Source: Tubiluchus corallicola (lineage: Eukaryota; Animalia; Priapulida). Taken from it: 64,000 nt of DNA. Position numbers and translations under genes: made by a program. Below, piece by piece: positions 51,938 to 64,000 of the stretch. Below the pieces are notes generated by a model. It made no database searches and was not told the DNA's origin. It worked only from the letters and a program-made list of their open reading frames with translations. The stretch is taken from the NCBI GenBank assembly GCA_030141605.1, contig JAQGDQ010000557.1, positions 62,001 to 126,000 on the forward strand, read 5' to 3'. Each line of letters starts with the position of its first letter. Position 1 is the stretch's first letter.

Positions 51938-52575
51938 ATGGTGGTAGAGATGATGTTGGTGGTAGACATGATGTTGGTGGTAGAGATGATGTTGGTGATA
52001 GAGATGATGTTGGTGATAGAGATGATGTTGGTGGTAGAGATGATGTTGGTGGTAGACATGATGTTGGTGGTAGAGATGATGTTGGTGATAGAGATGATGT
52101 TGGTGATAGAGATGATGTTGGTGGTAGAGATGATGTTGGTGGTAGAGATGATGTTGGTGGTAGAGATGATGTTGGTGGTAGAGATGATGTTGGTGGTAGA
52201 CATGATGTTGGTAGGAGACGTGATGTTGGTGGTAGAAATGATGTTGGTGGTAGAGATGATGTTGGTGGTAGAGATGATGTTGGTGATAGACATGATGTTG
52301 GTGGTAGAGATGATGTTGGTGGTAGAGATGATGTTGGTGGTAGACATGATGTTGGTGGTAGAGATGATGTTGGCGGTAGAGATGATGTTGGCGGTAGAGA
52401 TGATGTTGGCGGTAGAGATGATGTTGGCGGTAGAGATGATGTTGGCGGGAGAGATGATGTTGGCGGGAGAAATGATGTTGGCGGGAGAAATGATGTTGGC
52501 GGTAGAGATGATGTTGGCGGTAGAGATGGTGTTGGTGGTAGAAATGATGTTGGTGGGAGACGTGATGTTAATGGT
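51938..52575. repeat. 18-bp minisatellite (GGTAGAGATGATGTTGGT)n, about 35 units
   Basis: Directly visible tandem array; degenerate outliers near 53130-53200 and 53305. Confidence 0.97.
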
Positions 52576-53461
52576 AAAGGTGATGCCAATGATATTATAT
52601 ACAACGACATTTTTCCTAAACTCAAATCACGTCATCTATCCAGCGGCATTCTATTTAAATTTTTGTAGAACTACATAAAGTCCACTAAACGTTTTGTTAA
52701 CTGATTGTACGTATAATTGCATTTTAAATTATTATGTAGACTGTCTCTCAATCAAGTACTCATTAATAAACGACTCAAGCTGTATTGCTGTGTAACTGTA
52801 ATACTACACTAATTGTATTAATCCCACATGTATTGGATTTCTGAATTAAGAAGCAACATTGTACATTAAAATGTACAACTTACACTTTGCATGGGCTTAT
52901 AGACTTATGTACATCGAGAATTGTTTCTGTTATCGTATCTATTGTATGGGTTTTGTAAATTTTAATTAACTAATGAACTAGTCGTATTTCTGAATTAACT
53001 ATTTTGAGTTATTACGTACTCGAACTAACCAATTGTATATTTCATCACTGCACATAGTGGAAATACTGTGATCAGTAATAGTTACTGTGTTGTAAATCCA
53101 CTCAAAATAAATAAAGTTTATACATAAAGGTGATGCTGATGGTAGAGAAGATGTTGTTGGTAGATATGATGCTAGTGGTAAAGATAATGCTGGTGGTGAC
53201 TGGTAATGAGGCAGAATGCAGATAGTACAAATCATGCTAGTGTGTCCGATTTAGACGTAATACGGGTGATACAGACGGCGCAGGTGATGGATTTAACACT
53301 GAGGGTGGTAGAAATGATGTTACAATGGAGGTAATGGCGGCTGTATTAATGTAGTTACGGTCATACAAAAAATAATACTAAGGTGAAGCGGTGGAATTGA
53401 AACTAGCTGAAGATCATGCTAGTAGTATTTAGGAGAGGAAGTAATAAAATGTCCGCTTTAC

Positions 53462-53954
53462 GTTCTGGGCGGGGGGGGGGGGCAAGCCAGCCCAACTCAA
53501 CGCCGGTCCCAAGCCCAGATAAATAGGGAGGGTTAGGGTCAGGAAGGGCATCCGCCTGTAAAAACTGCGCCAAAACCTTCTATGAATGAGTCGGTGAGAC
53601 TTAAAGGTAAAGTCCACAAAGAAGTGGTCAGACCCACTCTAATCTATGGGCTGGAAGCAGCTTCTCTAAAGAAAACCGAAGAGAAGAAAATGGGTGTGGT
53701 GGAGATGAGGATGTTGAGATGGATGGGGGGAATAACAAGAAGAGATAAAATTAGAAATAATAATATCAGAGGAACAGTGAAAGTAGTGGAAGCCTCGCAA
53801 GATTGCGATGGTATGGACACCTGAAAAGAAGAGTCGGTGAAGATCATGTGGGAAGGGACATAAATGAAGAGATGGTCAACAACAGGAATGCGTGGAGAAG
53901 ACTCATTCATAACGGCGACCCCGAATATGGAAAAGATGGGAAGAAGAAGAAGAA
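53462..53954 (+). mobile_element. Internally deleted RTE-clade non-LTR retroelement (5' UTR joined to 3' end)
   Basis: RTE-type 5' segment GTCAGGAAGGGCATCCG..TAAAA joined to LKGKVHKEVVRPTLIYGLEA...EMRMLRWMGGITRRDKIRN, then CGGCGACCCC and a (GAA)n tail. Confidence 0.8.
53497..53538 (+). ncRNA. Twister-ribozyme-like motif at the 5' end of an RTE element
   Basis: GCCGGTCCCAAGCCCAGATAAATAGGGAGGG (53502-53532) closely matches the twister core as I recall it (GCCGGUCCCAAGCCCGGAUAAA...GAGGG). One P4 mismatch; the 5' P1/L1 strand is not evident. Confidence 0.7.
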
Positions 53955-54042
53955 CAAGTTAATATAAAAGTATTTCAGCCAATATTCCATCTAAAATTGA
54001 GAAGTTGAGTAATGTATCAAACAAGAAGTGATATTGTACTCA

Positions 54043-62628
<8,586 letters not shown>

Positions 62629-62999
62629 CTTTAAAAATGATAAAAAACTAGATATAGTTTACACGTATGTTATCTCATACATCGTAACATCTCATATTCA
62701 TTGTAATCATATTTTAAGTCTCCCATAGAACCGTGTTTTGGGATTTTATACTTTTATGTTTACGTTCACACATTTTTAAAGCAAAATTTACTTATAACAC
62801 AATTTTCAAATTCCATCTTCACCATCATGTATTCAAAGTGTAAACGCAAAATTTTACAATTTTCAATTCCATCTTCATCTTCATATATGCGTAATAGCAC
62901 TGTATGCTTTCATAAATTTTACATTGCGTATTGATATTTATCAACACATATTTGCAATTCCATGTTACTCAATTCTTTATAAGCTGCATCAAACATTTA

Positions 63000-63042
63000 G
63001 CAACAACGACAACGATAATAATCGACACCGCTACAACAACAA

Positions 63043-63073
<31 letters not shown>

Positions 63074-63095
63074 TGCAGCAGCGTCAGCAGTAACA
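63000..63095. repeat. (CAA)n/(CAT)n trinucleotide microsatellite
   Basis: Directly visible. Confidence 0.85.
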
Positions 63096-63173
63096 GTAAA
63101 TTGTTTATTATTTTATTGCTTATAATTATTTCTCACAAAAAGCAATGTACACATAACGATATGTAACAATATC

Positions 63174-63616
63174 TGTGGAAATTGTAACTGTATATTTTTA
63201 GGTGCTGCCATCTATGAACTAATCCTTTTACATTTTACTAGCTAAACTCACCCCTAGTATAATTGTACGGTCCAGTGAATGCATATTCACTGCATCTCTC
63301 CCTATTTTACAGTAATGGTTTTTGTGAAGCCAAGTTTGCATAATCACCTATACCTATATATACTGACTGGATTTACTTTCTAGTCACTGTCTCAGTCTCA
63401 GTGCAGTGCAGCAGTCGTGATACTCATGTCACTTACTATCTAACTTTCAGTGATCAGTGCAGGACACTCTTGTTCTCAGTGTTCAGTGTAGCAGTCATTC
63501 TACATCTGTGTATGTAGTCTAATAAACGCTTTTCAGTTTTGTGCAAACATGTAGTATAGTTGTTTATTCTTTTTCTTCAAAGTGATTCATCTACAACCTC
63601 AAACATGACTTTCACA
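63174..63616 (+). mobile_element. Solo LTR, copy 2
   Basis: TGTG...CACA termini, internal AATAAA, 5-bp TSD ATATC. Confidence 0.85.
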
Positions 63617-64000
63617 ATATCAACGTACCTTACGAAAAAACTAACTGCTTACAATAAAATACTTTAATGTTTGCTGAAAGAAAATCTTGTGAGCACAACA
63701 TTGATAGTGAGAAAGGGTTAAACAAGACAAGGCAGGGTATAAAATTAGGGTGTGTATAGAGAAGAATGCGATTAGAGGGGTAGGTTAGTCAAGGGAGGTT
63801 ATCTAACGTAATATGTACTTGGTATACAAGAAACCTATTGAGGTTAAGTACATTACATTATTTATACATTATATGTGCATTATATCTTATAAACTACTTT
63901 TCAAAATATATGTGCATATAAAAGATATATGACAATGTCAAGCAGCGTCGAGCATATGACTATTGAAAAGCAATACGTACTTTGGATAGCATATATATGC

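Noticed and set aside
51894-52678. 243-, 148- and 249-aa ORFs, or a CRISPR-like array
   Set aside because: The ORFs arise from a stop-poor 18-bp tandem unit; there are no unique spacers and the context is eukaryotic.

Overview
AT-rich, intron-dense animal (invertebrate-like) genomic DNA. Positions 545-49986 on the minus strand hold the 3' part of a KMT2C/KMT2D (MLL3/4, trr-type) histone H3K4 methyltransferase gene. I traced 52 GT-AG exons by hand that splice in one consistent frame (13,655 nt, about 4,550 codons): HMG box, LxxLL motifs, a 3,573-nt Ser/Thr-rich exon, ePHD, FYRN, FYRC, WIN, SET and post-SET. The N-terminal PHD exons were not found. Positions 54044-62628 (same strand) hold five in-frame exons of an LDLa-PAN-LDLa-SRCR (Tequila/SVH-1-like) gene whose downstream exons were not found. 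Both genes break off around a 50-54 kb interval containing an 18-bp minisatellite and an internally deleted RTE retroelement with a twister-ribozyme-like 5' motif. Introns carry Tc1/mariner-pogo, hAT and PIF-type MITEs, two solo LTRs with 5-bp TSDs, LINE/SINE remnants and several short tandem duplications straddling exon boundaries. All calls are manual; no database searches were run.
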